DNA of 64,000 nucleotides from Candidatus Methylomirabilota bacterium (GTDB lineage Bacteria; Methylomirabilota; Methylomirabilia; Rokubacteriales; CSP1-6): NCBI GenBank assembly GCA_046726415.1, contig JBKPAK010000020.1, positions 1,995 through 65,994 on the forward strand, given 5' to 3'. The notes below the pieces were generated by a model. It did not search any database. It was not told where the DNA came from and saw nothing but the letters and a program-made list of their open reading frames with translations. The position numbers were made by a program, and so were the translations under genes. Position 1 is the first letter of the stretch; each line of letters opens with the position of its first letter. This document shows positions 7,931-17,803 of the stretch, piece after piece.

Positions 7931-10231
7931 ATGTGGCGATGGAAATGGCGCGCCGTCGCCGGGGCGGGCCTGCTCGTGCTCGCGACCCTGACGACCTTGG
8001 GGGTCTGGGCGTGGCGAGTGGTCGAACGCATCGACTTGAGGTCCCTGGCCGCTCCTTCGTTGGTCTACGCGATGGGTCCGAGCTTGCGTCCCGGGCTTTC
8101 GACAACAGCGGCGGACCTGGCCGGCACCCTCGGTCGACTCGGGTACGCAGAGGTGAACAGCCAACCAGAACGTCCAGGCCAGTTCCGGCGTGAGACGGGC
8201 GCCTGGGAGATTTTCCTCCACGCTCGCGACGATCCCCAGGGACGGCGTCCGGCACAGCGCGTTCGCCTCGCGCTCGAGGCAGATCGCATCGGGGAAATAA
8301 TGAACTCCATCGACGGGACGCGGCTCGACAGCATCGAGCTGGAGCCCGAGCTCCTGGGCGATCTCGGCGAGATGGCCAACCGCGTGCGCCGACCCGCGGG
8401 CCTCGCGACCGTCCCCGCGCATCTCGTCGCCGCGGTCCTGGCCGCCGAGGATCGCCGGTTCTTCGAACACATGGGGCTGGACGTCAGGGCCGCCCTCCGC
8501 GCCTTCTGGGCGAACCTGCGTCACGGCAAGGTCGTCCAGGGCGGCAGCACCGTGACGCAGCAGCTCGTGAAGACCCTTGGTTTGAGCTCCCAGCGGTCGT
8601 GGGATGCCAAGCTGCGCAAGCAGGCGCTCGCCGTGGTGTTGGAGTGGCGCTTTGCCAAGACGGAAATCCTCGAAGCCTATCTCAATACCATCTACCTCGG
8701 CCGGGATGGCCCGGTGGCCCTCTATGGTGTGGACGCCGCCTCCCGTCGCTACTTCGGCAAGGGTGTCGAAGACGTCGACCTGGGAGAGGCGGCCACATTG
8801 GCCGGCATGATCCGCGCGCCGAACGAGCACTCCCCGATTCGCCACCCCGATCGCGCCCGCCAGGGTCGCGATGCCGTGCTCCTGCGCATGCGCGATCTGC
8901 GCGTCATCGATCAGGCGGCCTTCGTCCATGCCACGGAAAAAGAAGTGCGCGCGAGCCCGAACGTCTCGCGCCGACTGCTCGGCCCCCACTTCTTCGACTA
9001 CGTGTACTCCCAGCTCGAGCGAGCTCAGGAGCGACAGGGGGTTCGGCCCGGAGGGCTGCGTGTGTACACGAGCCTGGATCCGGTGTTGCAGCGCACCGCC
9101 GAGACCGTGCTCGTGGGAAGCCTCGAGCTCCTGGAAGCCCGGTTCCGACATCTGCGGCGCTCGAACGCTGACGAGCGGGTCCAGGGAGCGCTCATCGCCC
9201 TGGATCCGGTCACCGGCGAGATCCGGGCACTCGTGGGTGGCCGCGACTACGCGCTGAGCCAGTTCAATCGAGCGACGCACGCCCACCGTCCGCCGGGCTC
9301 GACCTTCAAGCCGTTCGTGTTTCTCGCCGCCCTGCGCGTCGGCGCGCACGGCGAACCACCCAGACTGACCGCGGCCACCGTGTTGGACAACCAAGGCGTG
9401 ACGGTCCAGGTGGGCGACGAAAGCTGGACGTCGCGAAAGGTTGGGCGCTCTTTCCTGGACCGGGCGACCGTGGGCCGGACCCTGGAGCTATCGCTGAACG
9501 CCCCGACGGTACAGGCCGCGGAGACAGTCGGCTTCGACGCGGTGATCCAGATGGCCCGCGACGTCGGCTTCACGAGCCCAATCGCGCGAATCCCGACGCT
9601 CGCGCTGGGGGGTTCGGAGGTCACCCCGCTCGAGCTCGTCGCGGCGTACGCCCCGCTCGCGAATGCGGGGCGGCGCGTGGACGTCGGTGCTATCCGCGCG
9701 ATCGCGGACAGCGACGGACGGGTCAGCAGGCCGCCTCGCCCGCGGAACGACCCGGCCGTCTCGGCCGAAGCGGCGTTTCTCGTGACCCATCTTCTGACTG
9801 GCGTGATCGAGCGCGGGACCGGCGCGATGGCCAGGGCGCTCGGGGTCGAGGGGACGGTGGCTGGGAAGACGGGGAGCACGAAGCGCGATGCCTGGTTCGT
9901 AGGCTACACGCCGCGCCTCGTCACCGTGGTGTGGGTGGGTTTCGACGGGCCGGATGAGCTACGGCTCTCCGGGGCCTGGGCCGCGCTGCCGATCTGGGCA
10001 AATTTCATGCGGACAGCGATGGCCGTCGTTCCCGGCGGGACATTCTCGGTGCCACCGTCGGTCGTGTTCCGCGACGTCGACGCGACGAACGGGAAACTGG
10101 CCACGCCTTTCTGCCCGATCGTTTTCAGTGAGGCTTTTCTCTCCTCGGCCGTCCCGACCGAGGTCTGTCTGGAGCATGGCCCCACTCTGAGCGGGGTTCC
10201 CGGGTGGCCGTCCGGATATGAGACCCGATGA
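7931..10231 (+). CDS. Class A penicillin-binding protein (bifunctional glycosyltransferase/transpeptidase, PBP1A family)
   Basis: GT51 motifs 'EDRRFFEHMGLD' and 'GGSTVTQQLVK'. Transpeptidase motifs 'STFK' (SxxK), 'SLN' (SxN) and 'KTGST' (KTG). An N-terminal TM anchor follows 'MWRWKWRAVAGAGLLVLATL'. ATG at 7931 is preferred over the upstream start at 7835. Confidence 0.9.
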   Translation: MWRWKWRAVAGAGLLVLATLTTLGVWAWRVVERIDLRSLAAPSLVYAMGPSLRPGLSTTAADLAGTLGRLGYAEVNSQPERPGQFRRETGAWEIFLHARDDPQGRRPAQRVRLALEADRIGEIMNSIDGTRLDSIELEPELLGDLGEMANRVRRPAGLATVPAHLVAAVLAAEDRRFFEHMGLDVRAALRAFWANLRHGKVVQGGSTVTQQLVKTLGLSSQRSWDAKLRKQALAVVLEWRFAKTEILEAYLNTIYLGRDGPVALYGVDAASRRYFGKGVEDVDLGEAATLAGMIRAPNEHSPIRHPDRARQGRDAVLLRMRDLRVIDQAAFVHATEKEVRASPNVSRRLLGPHFFDYVYSQLERAQERQGVRPGGLRVYTSLDPVLQRTAETVLVGSLELLEARFRHLRRSNADERVQGALIALDPVTGEIRALVGGRDYALSQFNRATHAHRPPGSTFKPFVFLAALRVGAHGEPPRLTAATVLDNQGVTVQVGDESWTSRKVGRSFLDRATVGRTLELSLNAPTVQAAETVGFDAVIQMARDVGFTSPIARIPTLALGGSEVTPLELVAAYAPLANAGRRVDVGAIRAIADSDGRVSRPPRPRNDPAVSAEAAFLVTHLLTGVIERGTGAMARALGVEGTVAGKTGSTKRDAWFVGYTPRLVTVVWVGFDGPDELRLSGAWAALPIWANFMRTAMAVVPGGTFSVPPSVVFRDVDATNGKLATPFCPIVFSEAFLSSAVPTEVCLEHGPTLSGVPGWPSGYETR

Positions 10232-10360
10232 CCACCGGGCCCGTCGCTCGCGCGCACGCTGTCGTCGCGCCCGCGCGCGCTCCACCGCGACCCGCATCGC
10301 GCAACGTGACGACCTAGCGCGGCAGCGCCCGAACAAATGTCGCCTAACGACCGCTGAATC

Positions 10361-10684
10361 ATGAGGTGCGCCATGACCGTCTCGAGCAAGAAGGTGAGAG
10401 CACTGCTGAAGATCGGACTGACCCTGACCATGCTGGTGGTGGTGATGCTAGCGACCGTCGGGGCCTGGGAAATCTACAAGGGAACCGTGACACTGGTCGG
10501 GAGCGCCCACGCCGATGGCGTCTTCGACCTCCTCAAATGCTACACTATCAAGGCTGTGCCGGGTCTGGGGAAGGCGCAGCAGAGCACGATCGTGCTCCTC
10601 GATGAATTGCATCCCAAGGGACAGCACGTGTTTGTTCTGTCCCCGCACTCCGTCTGCACGCCGGCCAGGAAGCTCCTGCAGTAA
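10361..10684 (+). CDS. Hypothetical small membrane-anchored/secreted protein
   Basis: 107-aa ORF with one N-terminal hydrophobic helix ('IGLTLTMLVVVMLATVGAW') and a TAA stop. Codon third positions are less GC-biased than in neighbouring genes. I recognised no family motif. Confidence 0.4.
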   Translation: MRCAMTVSSKKVRALLKIGLTLTMLVVVMLATVGAWEIYKGTVTLVGSAHADGVFDLLKCYTIKAVPGLGKAQQSTIVLLDELHPKGQHVFVLSPHSVCTPARKLLQ

Positions 10685-10696
10685 GCTTGCTCAGGA

Positions 10697-10738
10697 GCCG
10701 ACGTCCCGGCGGCCGACCCTGGCCGCGGGGACGTCGGC
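10697..10738. terminator. Long GC hairpin between convergent genes (candidate bidirectional terminator)
   Basis: GCCGACGTCCCGGCGGCC (10697-10714), loop GACCCT, then GGCCGCGGGGACGTCGGC (10721-10738): an 18-bp stem with one mismatch. It sits between the stops at 10684 (+) and 10781 (-). There is no clear U-tract. Confidence 0.45.
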
Positions 10739-10780
10739 CATCGGGGCATGCCGCTCGACCGCTCTCGGTGGCCCGGCGCC

Positions 10781-12040
10781 CTAGAACGAGGTGACGGTGA
10801 TGTGCCCGCCGGCCTCGACATACCACCGCTCGCTTGGAAACGAGTTGCCGTTCAAGGTCGCCGCCATCCAGTCGGCCATCAGGATGGGCGGAAAGGGTCC
10901 GAGATTCGCGGCCGGCACATTGCCGACCGAGTGTCGCGAATCCTGGTACACCACCAGGCGCTTGGGGCCACCCAGCGCTCGCATCAAGTCTTCCGTGTGC
11001 TCGAGCGGCGACAGCTCGTCAAACTCGCCCGCCACGCAAAGATAGGGCGCGCGGATTCGCTCGGCATGCCCCTCCCAGGTCATGCTCTGGCGGAACTCGT
11101 CGAACTTCGCCTCGTCGGTGATCCCGGACATGTACATGAAGCGCATCTTGAAGGTCGGCGAGGCCTCTTCGAAGATGGTGTGAAAGCCCGGCTCGTGACA
11201 CACCGCGGACACGGCGATCGCGCGCAGGCGTGGCTCGTGGGCGGCGGCGACGGTCGCGAAGAAGGAACCAAAGCTGTTGCCGCTCACGCCAATGCGGTCC
11301 GGATCGGTCTCCGATCGCGTTCCGAGCCAATCCACGATCGCCTTCCCGGTGTCGATCCAGGCCGCCATGCTGAAGTAGATGTCGAGGACCGGGCTCTCGT
11401 ACTGGCCAGGACCGTCGACGGCGAGGACGGCCATGCCTCGGGATAGCCAGCGGTCACCGTACAGGGCCACGCCCATCTCCTTGAAGCTATCCATGCCAGG
11501 GATTGAGACGACCACCGGGATACGCCCGTCGCGATAGCCCGGCGGCAGGTGAAACCAGGCGGGCAGCGCCTGTCCGCTGGGGAGGGGAATCCACGCCGGC
11601 TCCACGCGATGATCGGCCAGTGCGGCATACTTCGCGTAGCACTCGCGCTTCTTCCGGTTGTAAAAGCGGTTCTGCTCGTTGTTCTCGTCGATCGGCCACT
11701 GGGCCGCGGCCCAGTGAACGGCCGCCATGTAATAGTTCTCGCGCGCGGTGACCAGGTGGCGGCCCTGCTCGGCCGCAGCCGCCTTGCCCTCGCGGCGGCG
11801 GGCGACGGCCTCGAAGGCGGGGGAGGCGTCGGCCAGCTTGACAATGCGCTGGCGAAGGGCGGCAAAGTCGGCATTCGCTTCGGGACCGCAGGGCGCGGAC
11901 AAATAGATCGAGCGGGGCTGATCCCAGTCCATGCCGATCGAGCGGATGGTGTTGTCGAGCAGCCAGCGCTGCTCGGTCCACCGGCGGGTGACGGGCGCGC
12001 CATGCAAAAGTTGGCGGCGATCGCGAGAGGGCTTGGTCAT
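10781..12040 (-). CDS. Alpha/beta hydrolase (FrsA / dihydroxypseudooxynicotine-hydrolase-like)
   Basis: ~419 aa with nucleophile elbow 'GNSFGS' (GxSxG) and a C-terminal 'SRHSVGN'. The start is set at ATG 12040 ('MTKPSRD'), which is preceded by AGGAGG. The track ORF begins at 12103. Confidence 0.75.
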   Translation of the reverse strand: MTKPSRDRRQLLHGAPVTRRWTEQRWLLDNTIRSIGMDWDQPRSIYLSAPCGPEANADFAALRQRIVKLADASPAFEAVARRREGKAAAAEQGRHLVTARENYYMAAVHWAAAQWPIDENNEQNRFYNRKKRECYAKYAALADHRVEPAWIPLPSGQALPAWFHLPPGYRDGRIPVVVSIPGMDSFKEMGVALYGDRWLSRGMAVLAVDGPGQYESPVLDIYFSMAAWIDTGKAIVDWLGTRSETDPDRIGVSGNSFGSFFATVAAAHEPRLRAIAVSAVCHEPGFHTIFEEASPTFKMRFMYMSGITDEAKFDEFRQSMTWEGHAERIRAPYLCVAGEFDELSPLEHTEDLMRALGGPKRLVVYQDSRHSVGNVPAANLGPFPPILMADWMAATLNGNSFPSERWYVEAGGHITVTSF

Positions 12041-12221
12041 AGCGTTCCTCCTGCTGCTGAGATCGAGGCGAGCTGCGCGCCGGCCGTCCGTGTTCTCTGA
12101 CACCTTCTATAGCCCATCTCGGGGTGCCCCGGGGAGGAACGTCGTCTATACTGGCGCGTATCGGCGGGGCAGCATTCACCGGAGGGGCGGAGGCGCCACG
12201 GCGCCGGGAGGGACAGGACGC

Positions 12222-12707
12222 ATGATTCAGGCGCGCAAGCTCGGTCACGTCGTGCTGAAAGTTCGCGATGCCCGGAAGTCCAGGGAGTTTTACACTCGCG
12301 CGCTCGGGCTCAAGGTGGCCCACGAGGATCTTGAGCGTGGGACGGTGTTCCTGAGCTTTGGCGAGCAGCACCACGAACTTGCTCTCTTCCAGCTGGCCAC
12401 CGGCGAGGCACCGCAAGAGAAGCAGCCGGGGCTTCACCACGTGGCCTGGCAGCTCCGAAGTTTCGAGGAACTGCAGGCGGCGTACCGCGAATTGGGTCAG
12501 CTCGGGATCGCCGTCGAGTCCACCGTCGAACACAACGTGACGCGCAGCGTGTATTTCCCCGACCCCGATGGCAACCGAGTGGAGCTCTACTGCGACATGG
12601 TCGAGCACGGCTTCGAGGCCATGCGTGCCATCGGGCCCAGGAGGGCGCTGCTCGACATGGAGACGGGCGAGGTCGCCGCGGCCCACGAGTCGCGCGCCGA
12701 CCGGTGA
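12222..12707 (+). CDS. VOC family protein (glyoxalase / extradiol dioxygenase-like)
   Basis: 'LGHVVLKVRDARKSREFYTRALGLKV', 'HHVAWQL', 'YFPDPDGNRVELY'. The start is trimmed to ATG 12222; the track ORF extends upstream, antisense into the hydrolase gene. Confidence 0.8.
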   Translation: MIQARKLGHVVLKVRDARKSREFYTRALGLKVAHEDLERGTVFLSFGEQHHELALFQLATGEAPQEKQPGLHHVAWQLRSFEELQAAYRELGQLGIAVESTVEHNVTRSVYFPDPDGNRVELYCDMVEHGFEAMRAIGPRRALLDMETGEVAAAHESRADR

Positions 12708-12780
12708 CCAGCGCGTAGAGGCTCGGCGCAGGCCGCCGCCCGCGTCGAGCCGTCGCGAGCCTCGTCCCGCCACTCCTGCG

Positions 12781-13584
12781 TCAGGCGTGGGGGACCCACG
12801 GCCAGTACTTGGCGACCGCGCCGGCGTCGATGCGCAGATCGAAGCCGGTGATCATCTCGGCATCATCCGAGGCGAGAAAGGCTGCGGCGCGGGCGTAGTG
12901 GCGCGGGCTGGGCAGCTGCCCCATGGGCACCATCTTCTGAAAGTCCAGCATACTGCCGCGCGGCTCTGGCCGCGGTCGACCCCAGGCGGCACCCCGCTCG
13001 ACGCTCTCCTCGCGGTCGGTCGCCGTGGGCGTGAGGCTGTTGACGCGGATGCCGTGCTTGGCCAAGTCCATGGCCGCCGCCCGGGTGAAGTTGAGCAGGC
13101 CGCTCTTGCTCGTGCAATAGCCGATGTTCCCGGCCTGCCCCTGATGGCCGGCGGTGGAGACGATCACGATGATGCAGCCCCGGCGTCCTTGGGCGACCAT
13201 GAGCCGGGCCACGTGCTTCGTGCAGAGGAACGTGCCCGTGAGGTTGACGGCGAGCTGGCGGTTCCAGCGTTCGAGCGGCATGTCCAGCACACTCACCCCG
13301 CCGAGGATGCCCGCGTTGTTGACGAGGATGTCGACACCGCCGTATGTATCGCGGACCCGCGCCACCATCGCTTCCACCTGCGCTTCGTCCGTGACGTCGC
13401 AGGCGATACCGAGCGCGATGCCCCCTCGGCCCTTGATCCAGTCGGCGCACTGGTGCGCGTTCTCCGGCACCACGTCGGCGCACACGACTCGAACCCCCTC
13501 GTCGGCGAGCCCCTCGGCAATCCCGCCGCCGATGTTGGGACTGGTCCCCGTCACGATTGCGATCTTTCCTTCGAGTCGAGCCAT
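12781..13584 (-). CDS. SDR family oxidoreductase
   Basis: 'GKIAIVTGTSPNIGGG' (TGxxxxxG), 'NNAG', 'YCTSK' (YxxxK). The start is trimmed to ATG 13584 ('MARLEGK'); the 560-aa track ORF is a read-through artefact over the permease gene. Confidence 0.9.
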   Translation of the reverse strand: MARLEGKIAIVTGTSPNIGGGIAEGLADEGVRVVCADVVPENAHQCADWIKGRGGIALGIACDVTDEAQVEAMVARVRDTYGGVDILVNNAGILGGVSVLDMPLERWNRQLAVNLTGTFLCTKHVARLMVAQGRRGCIIVIVSTAGHQGQAGNIGYCTSKSGLLNFTRAAAMDLAKHGIRVNSLTPTATDREESVERGAAWGRPRPEPRGSMLDFQKMVPMGQLPSPRHYARAAAFLASDDAEMITGFDLRIDAGAVAKYWPWVPHA

Positions 13585-13673
13585 CGGCGTCCTCATCCAA
13601 GCGCCGGCGGAGCCGGCGCTGGCGCAGGGGACATTGCCACGCGAACGGGGAGGTTTGAAAGGGGCACCCGCGC

Positions 13674-15416
13674 TCAGCCTACGCTGCCCCGTATCCCCAG
13701 CATCCGCGCGAGCAGCGCACCGGCCAATGAGATCAGCATGATGATGCAGGCCACGACAACCGCCTCCTCGAACTTGCGCTGGGCGATGTAGTCGAGCTGC
13801 AGGATGGACAGCGGCCGATTGGCGCTGGTGGCCAGCAGGGCGAAGTTGCCGATGTTGCGCGCGGCCCCCACGAAGGTAATCATTCCCACCGCCATGAGCG
13901 TGGGGGCCATCAGCCGCAGCACGATGCGCCGGTAGGTGGCCCACCACGAGGCTCCCACGATGCGCGAGGCTTCTTCCAGCTCGCCCCCGAGTTGCATGAG
14001 CCCGCTCTTGATGATCTGCACCCCCAGCGGCATACCGGAAATCACTCCCGCGATGATCAGCAACGCGGTGGTGCCGTAGAGCGGCTTCAGGATCTCCACG
14101 CCCAGGAACAGCCACAAGAGCGCCAAACCCAGGATGATGCCCGGCACGGTGAAGGGCAGCCAAGAGATGAAGTCGAGCGCCCGCCGCCCGGCGTAGCGCG
14201 TCCGGACGGCGATGTAGGCGATGAGCGAATGCACGAAGATCGTCGCCACCGCTGTGCCGACGGCGAGGACCAGTGTGTTGTGGAGGGAGCGCAGGAACAG
14301 CTCGTCGGTCAGCACCGTCTTCCAGTTGGTCAGGGTCCAAGGATCGGCGATGTTGAAAAAGCCGAACAGCTTCATGAAGGTGCCGAGCAGGGCGAACAGT
14401 ACCGGCACCCCCAGCACGATCAGCACCAGGGCCAGCACCAGGCCGAGGGCCGGGCCGCGCCACCGACCGAGCTGGTGTGGCTGGTTCTGGAACTGCCCGG
14501 TGAGCGTGGTGTAGCGGCGCCCCCGCGTCAGCCCCTGCTGCATGAGCACGAGCGGCAGCATGGCGGCCAGGACCAGGACGGCCAGCGCGGTGGCCGCGTC
14601 ATAGCGGGGCACCCGGGTGACGATGAGGTCGTAGATCATCGTGCTGAACACAAAGAAGCGGAACGGCAGACCGAGCACCTGCTCCACCTCGAAGGTCTGC
14701 AGCGAGACCATGGTGCCGAGAAGCAACACGGAGAGGATGACCGGCGCCATCACGGGCAAGGTGATGCTGAGGGCCGTGCGCAGCGTGCTTGCCCCGGCCA
14801 CGCGCGAGGCTTCCTCGAAGGAGGCGTTCATGTTGCGAAAGGCCGGTGTCAAGAGAATGACCTTCACCGTCAGCGACCCGGTGACGAGATGGACCCAGAC
14901 GATGCCCCAGAACGAGTAGATGTTGAACGGGCCGGCCCCCACCAGCGGCAACGTGGCGAGCCACGTGTTGACCAGACCGTACTCGGGATCGAGGAGGAGG
15001 ATCCAGCTCAACGTGACGGTGAAGGTGGGCAGGAAGAAAGCTGCCCAGAAGGCGAACTCGATCCAGCCGCGGCCAGGGAGGTTGGTGCGGGCGAGCAGCC
15101 AGGCGATCAGCACGGCGAGCGGCAGCGACAAGAGCTGGCGGACGAACGTGACCGTAAGTGTATTGAGGAGCGCCGCGCGCAGTCCTGGCTCGCCGAGGGC
15201 GGCACGCCAGCCGTCCAGTCCGTACGCCGAGGGTTGTCCCGGGGCCGCCACTTGAAAGCTCTGGATCACCACGAGGAGCACGGGAAAGACGACGCAGAAC
15301 GCCACGACCGCGAGGACAACGGTGCAGAGCACGGCCTGCATCTCGATCCTGCGTGGGAGGGCAAAACGCGCGGGATGGACGACCTCCCGTTCAAGTGCCG
15401 ACCTCGCCGGCGTCAC
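13674..15416 (-). CDS. ABC transporter permease, fused two-domain type (FbpB/ThiP-like)
   Basis: 580 aa, ~12 hydrophobic segments, and two EAA-type loops ('FEEASRVAGASTLRTALSITLPVMAP' and 'LEEASRIVGASWWATYRRIVLRLMAP'). The start is uncertain: 15416, or the internal ATG at 15341. Confidence 0.85.
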   Translation of the reverse strand: MTPARSALEREVVHPARFALPRRIEMQAVLCTVVLAVVAFCVVFPVLLVVIQSFQVAAPGQPSAYGLDGWRAALGEPGLRAALLNTLTVTFVRQLLSLPLAVLIAWLLARTNLPGRGWIEFAFWAAFFLPTFTVTLSWILLLDPEYGLVNTWLATLPLVGAGPFNIYSFWGIVWVHLVTGSLTVKVILLTPAFRNMNASFEEASRVAGASTLRTALSITLPVMAPVILSVLLLGTMVSLQTFEVEQVLGLPFRFFVFSTMIYDLIVTRVPRYDAATALAVLVLAAMLPLVLMQQGLTRGRRYTTLTGQFQNQPHQLGRWRGPALGLVLALVLIVLGVPVLFALLGTFMKLFGFFNIADPWTLTNWKTVLTDELFLRSLHNTLVLAVGTAVATIFVHSLIAYIAVRTRYAGRRALDFISWLPFTVPGIILGLALLWLFLGVEILKPLYGTTALLIIAGVISGMPLGVQIIKSGLMQLGGELEEASRIVGASWWATYRRIVLRLMAPTLMAVGMITFVGAARNIGNFALLATSANRPLSILQLDYIAQRKFEEAVVVACIIMLISLAGALLARMLGIRGSVG

Positions 15417-15492
15417 GGCGTGGCCCCCTCATGGTGGAGGGGGCCTGGACCCCCTCCAAACCTCCCCATTCGCGCGAGGTGCCACACTGACC

Positions 15493-16632
15493 TCACGCCG
15501 GCCACACGCTCACCGTATCCGGCGGGAAGGCGAGCTGCAGGCGCTGACCCTCTCGCCAGTCGCGCGCACGGGGCAGGAGCAACAGGATGCTGTGTTCCCC
15601 TCCCACGGCCACGCGCGCCTCGTATCGGTCGCCCACGAAGAGGAGCGTCTCGATCACCCCGGTCAGCGCGTTCTCGGGTGACTCTCGACGGTCGCCCAGC
15701 GCCACCTCGATGTCTTCCGGCCGGATAGCGAGGTGTGCGTCCGCGCCCGGTGCAAGGGTGGCGCTCGGCGCCGCCCGGCCCACCAGGGTGCATCCGGCCA
15801 GCGCTCCATTCATCTCGACGGCGACGGTTTCCGGATGGCCCGAGGCGGGATGGCCGACGCGGCCGCGCAGGATCACCGTCTGGCCCACGAAGTCGCGGAT
15901 GAACGCGGACCCGGGCTGCTCGTACAGGCTGCGCGGCGGTCCGACCTGCTCGACGCGTCCGCGCTGCATCACCGCGATGCGATCCGAGAGGCTGAGCGCC
16001 TCAATCTGGTCGTGCGTGACGAAGAGGACGGTAATGCCGAGCCGTCGCTGGAGCAGCTTCAGCTCGACCCGCATCTGTTCCCGCAGCTTGGCGTCCAGGT
16101 TGCTGAACGGCTCGTCCAGCAACAGGAGATCGGGCTCGTACACCAGCGCGCGACACAGGGCCAGGCGCTGCATCTGACCGCCGCTGAGGAGCGTGGCCGC
16201 TCGTCTCTCCAGTCCGGTGAGTCCCACCAGGTCGAGCACGCGCGCCACCTTCTCGCGGATGACGGCGCGCGTCACGCCTCGGAGCTCGAGCGGGTAGGCG
16301 ACGTTCTCGAACACGGTCATGTGGGGCCAGATCGCATACGATTGGAACACCATGCCGAGGTTCCGCTTGTGCGGCGGCACGAACAGGCGCCGCGACGCCG
16401 ACGCCACGACGCGACCGCGCAGGGTGATCTCGCCAGCATCGGGATGCTCCAGGCCGGCGACGAGGCGCAAGGTGGTGGTCTTGCCACAGCCGCTGGGCCC
16501 GAGCAACGTGAACACCTCGCCCCGCCCGATCTCGAGCGAGGCCTGGTCGACAGCGGGCGCCTGACCGAACAGCTTGCATACGCGGTCGAGGGTGAGGACC
16601 GTACCGCCGGTACCGGGCTCCGTCGCCCCCAC
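15493..16632 (-). CDS. ABC transporter ATP-binding protein (PotA/FbpC-like, with C-terminal TOBE-like domain)
   Basis: Walker A 'GPSGCGKTT', 'LSGGQMQRLALCRAL', 'LLLLDEPFSNLD'. The start is trimmed to GTG 16632, 14 nt after the SBP stop; the track ORF reads through the SBP gene. Confidence 0.9.
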   Translation of the reverse strand: MGATEPGTGGTVLTLDRVCKLFGQAPAVDQASLEIGRGEVFTLLGPSGCGKTTTLRLVAGLEHPDAGEITLRGRVVASASRRLFVPPHKRNLGMVFQSYAIWPHMTVFENVAYPLELRGVTRAVIREKVARVLDLVGLTGLERRAATLLSGGQMQRLALCRALVYEPDLLLLDEPFSNLDAKLREQMRVELKLLQRRLGITVLFVTHDQIEALSLSDRIAVMQRGRVEQVGPPRSLYEQPGSAFIRDFVGQTVILRGRVGHPASGHPETVAVEMNGALAGCTLVGRAAPSATLAPGADAHLAIRPEDIEVALGDRRESPENALTGVIETLLFVGDRYEARVAVGGEHSILLLLPRARDWREGQRLQLAFPPDTVSVWPA

Positions 16633-16646
16633 CTTACGGCCTCGTC

Positions 16647-17753
16647 CTACTTGATCACCGCTTTGGCGATGTCCTGCGTCTTGACGACTTCCGGCAGGTT
16701 CTCCTCCGAGTCCACCTGGAAGAGCTTGGCGCCCCTCGGCACCACGAGCTGAGGGTTCCCCGGCTCGACGCCCACACGGCGGCTGTTCGTCTCGACGTCC
16801 TTTGCCCAGAGCACTTGGGCCTCCTTGGTGAGCAACCAGTTGATGAAAACTTTCGCCGCGTTCGGGTGCGGCGCCCGGTTGATCAGCCACAGGGTGGAAC
16901 TGAAGTTGACGGTGTCCATCTCGGGGAAGTGCAGGAGCTTGAGGTTCTTGCCGAGCCCCTGGCGCTGGAACTGGCCGAGGAGCAGGGGGTTGATGCCGAG
17001 ACCAAGGGGATAGCGCCCCCGGACCATGAACTCAGCCATCTGGCGGGTATCTCGGCTCAGTACCGGTTCCTGGTCCACGAACAGGCGCCTGATGATGTCG
17101 TCGCCGAGATTGAGGCGCGCGCTGGTCATCGGCCAGAAGGCGTCGCCCATCACGCGCACGTCCGGCAGCAACAGCTTGCCCTTCCACTTCGGGTTGAGCA
17201 GCTCGGTGAACCCCTTGATCTCTTCCTTGACCAGATCGGTGTTGACCGTGATGCCGCCCCCGCGATTCGCCACAAAGCCGTAGGTGAGCGCGCGGTCCTT
17301 CGCGAGAGAGAACCCTCGCTCGAACCCGCCCTCCCAGCCGGCGTCGTCTTTCGCCTCGGGCAAGACGATCGCCGGCCGAATGGGATCCCACACACCGGCC
17401 GGCCGCAGTACCTGAAAGGCCGTGCTGGTGGGGATCGTGGCCACGTCCCAGGTGTAGAGGCCGGCCTGACGCTCCTGGAGGATGCGCGGGGCAAAGTTCT
17501 GCGAGTGGAGCTGGGTGTGCTCCAGCTTGATCTCGGGATAGGCCTGGGTGAAGGCCTTGAGGGCGCGACCGAAGCCCTCGCCCGGAAAGGTGTTGACGAC
17601 GACCTTGCCTTCTTTCTTGGCCGCCGCCACCGCCTGCGCCCACTCGGGGGGCGTGGACGCCACGGCTACCGTGGGCGCGGCCATTGCGCCGGCCGCGCCT
17701 CCCAGCACCGCCGCTCGCAGCAGGTCGCGGCGGCTCATCCGCTCATCGGGCAT
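16647..17753 (-). CDS. ABC transporter substrate-binding protein (family 1, Fe3+/polyamine-like) with twin-arginine signal
   Basis: 'MPDERMSRRDLLRAAVLGGAAGAMAAPTVAVA' is Tat-type (RRDLL). The mature part is ~330 aa with periplasmic-binding-protein character. ATG 17753 is preceded by GGGAGG. Confidence 0.85.
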   Translation of the reverse strand: MPDERMSRRDLLRAAVLGGAAGAMAAPTVAVASTPPEWAQAVAAAKKEGKVVVNTFPGEGFGRALKAFTQAYPEIKLEHTQLHSQNFAPRILQERQAGLYTWDVATIPTSTAFQVLRPAGVWDPIRPAIVLPEAKDDAGWEGGFERGFSLAKDRALTYGFVANRGGGITVNTDLVKEEIKGFTELLNPKWKGKLLLPDVRVMGDAFWPMTSARLNLGDDIIRRLFVDQEPVLSRDTRQMAEFMVRGRYPLGLGINPLLLGQFQRQGLGKNLKLLHFPEMDTVNFSSTLWLINRAPHPNAAKVFINWLLTKEAQVLWAKDVETNSRRVGVEPGNPQLVVPRGAKLFQVDSEENLPEVVKTQDIAKAVIK

Positions 17754-17803
17754 GTCGGTGCCTCCCGTCGACACGGCGTTTGCGGTCGTCGGCGCGCCGG
17801 CGA

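Noticed and set aside
12718-12763. Possible terminator hairpin between the VOC and SDR genes (GAGGCTCG ... CGAGCCTC)
   Set aside because: The stem is only 8 bp with a ~30-nt loop and no U-tract, which is too weak to call.
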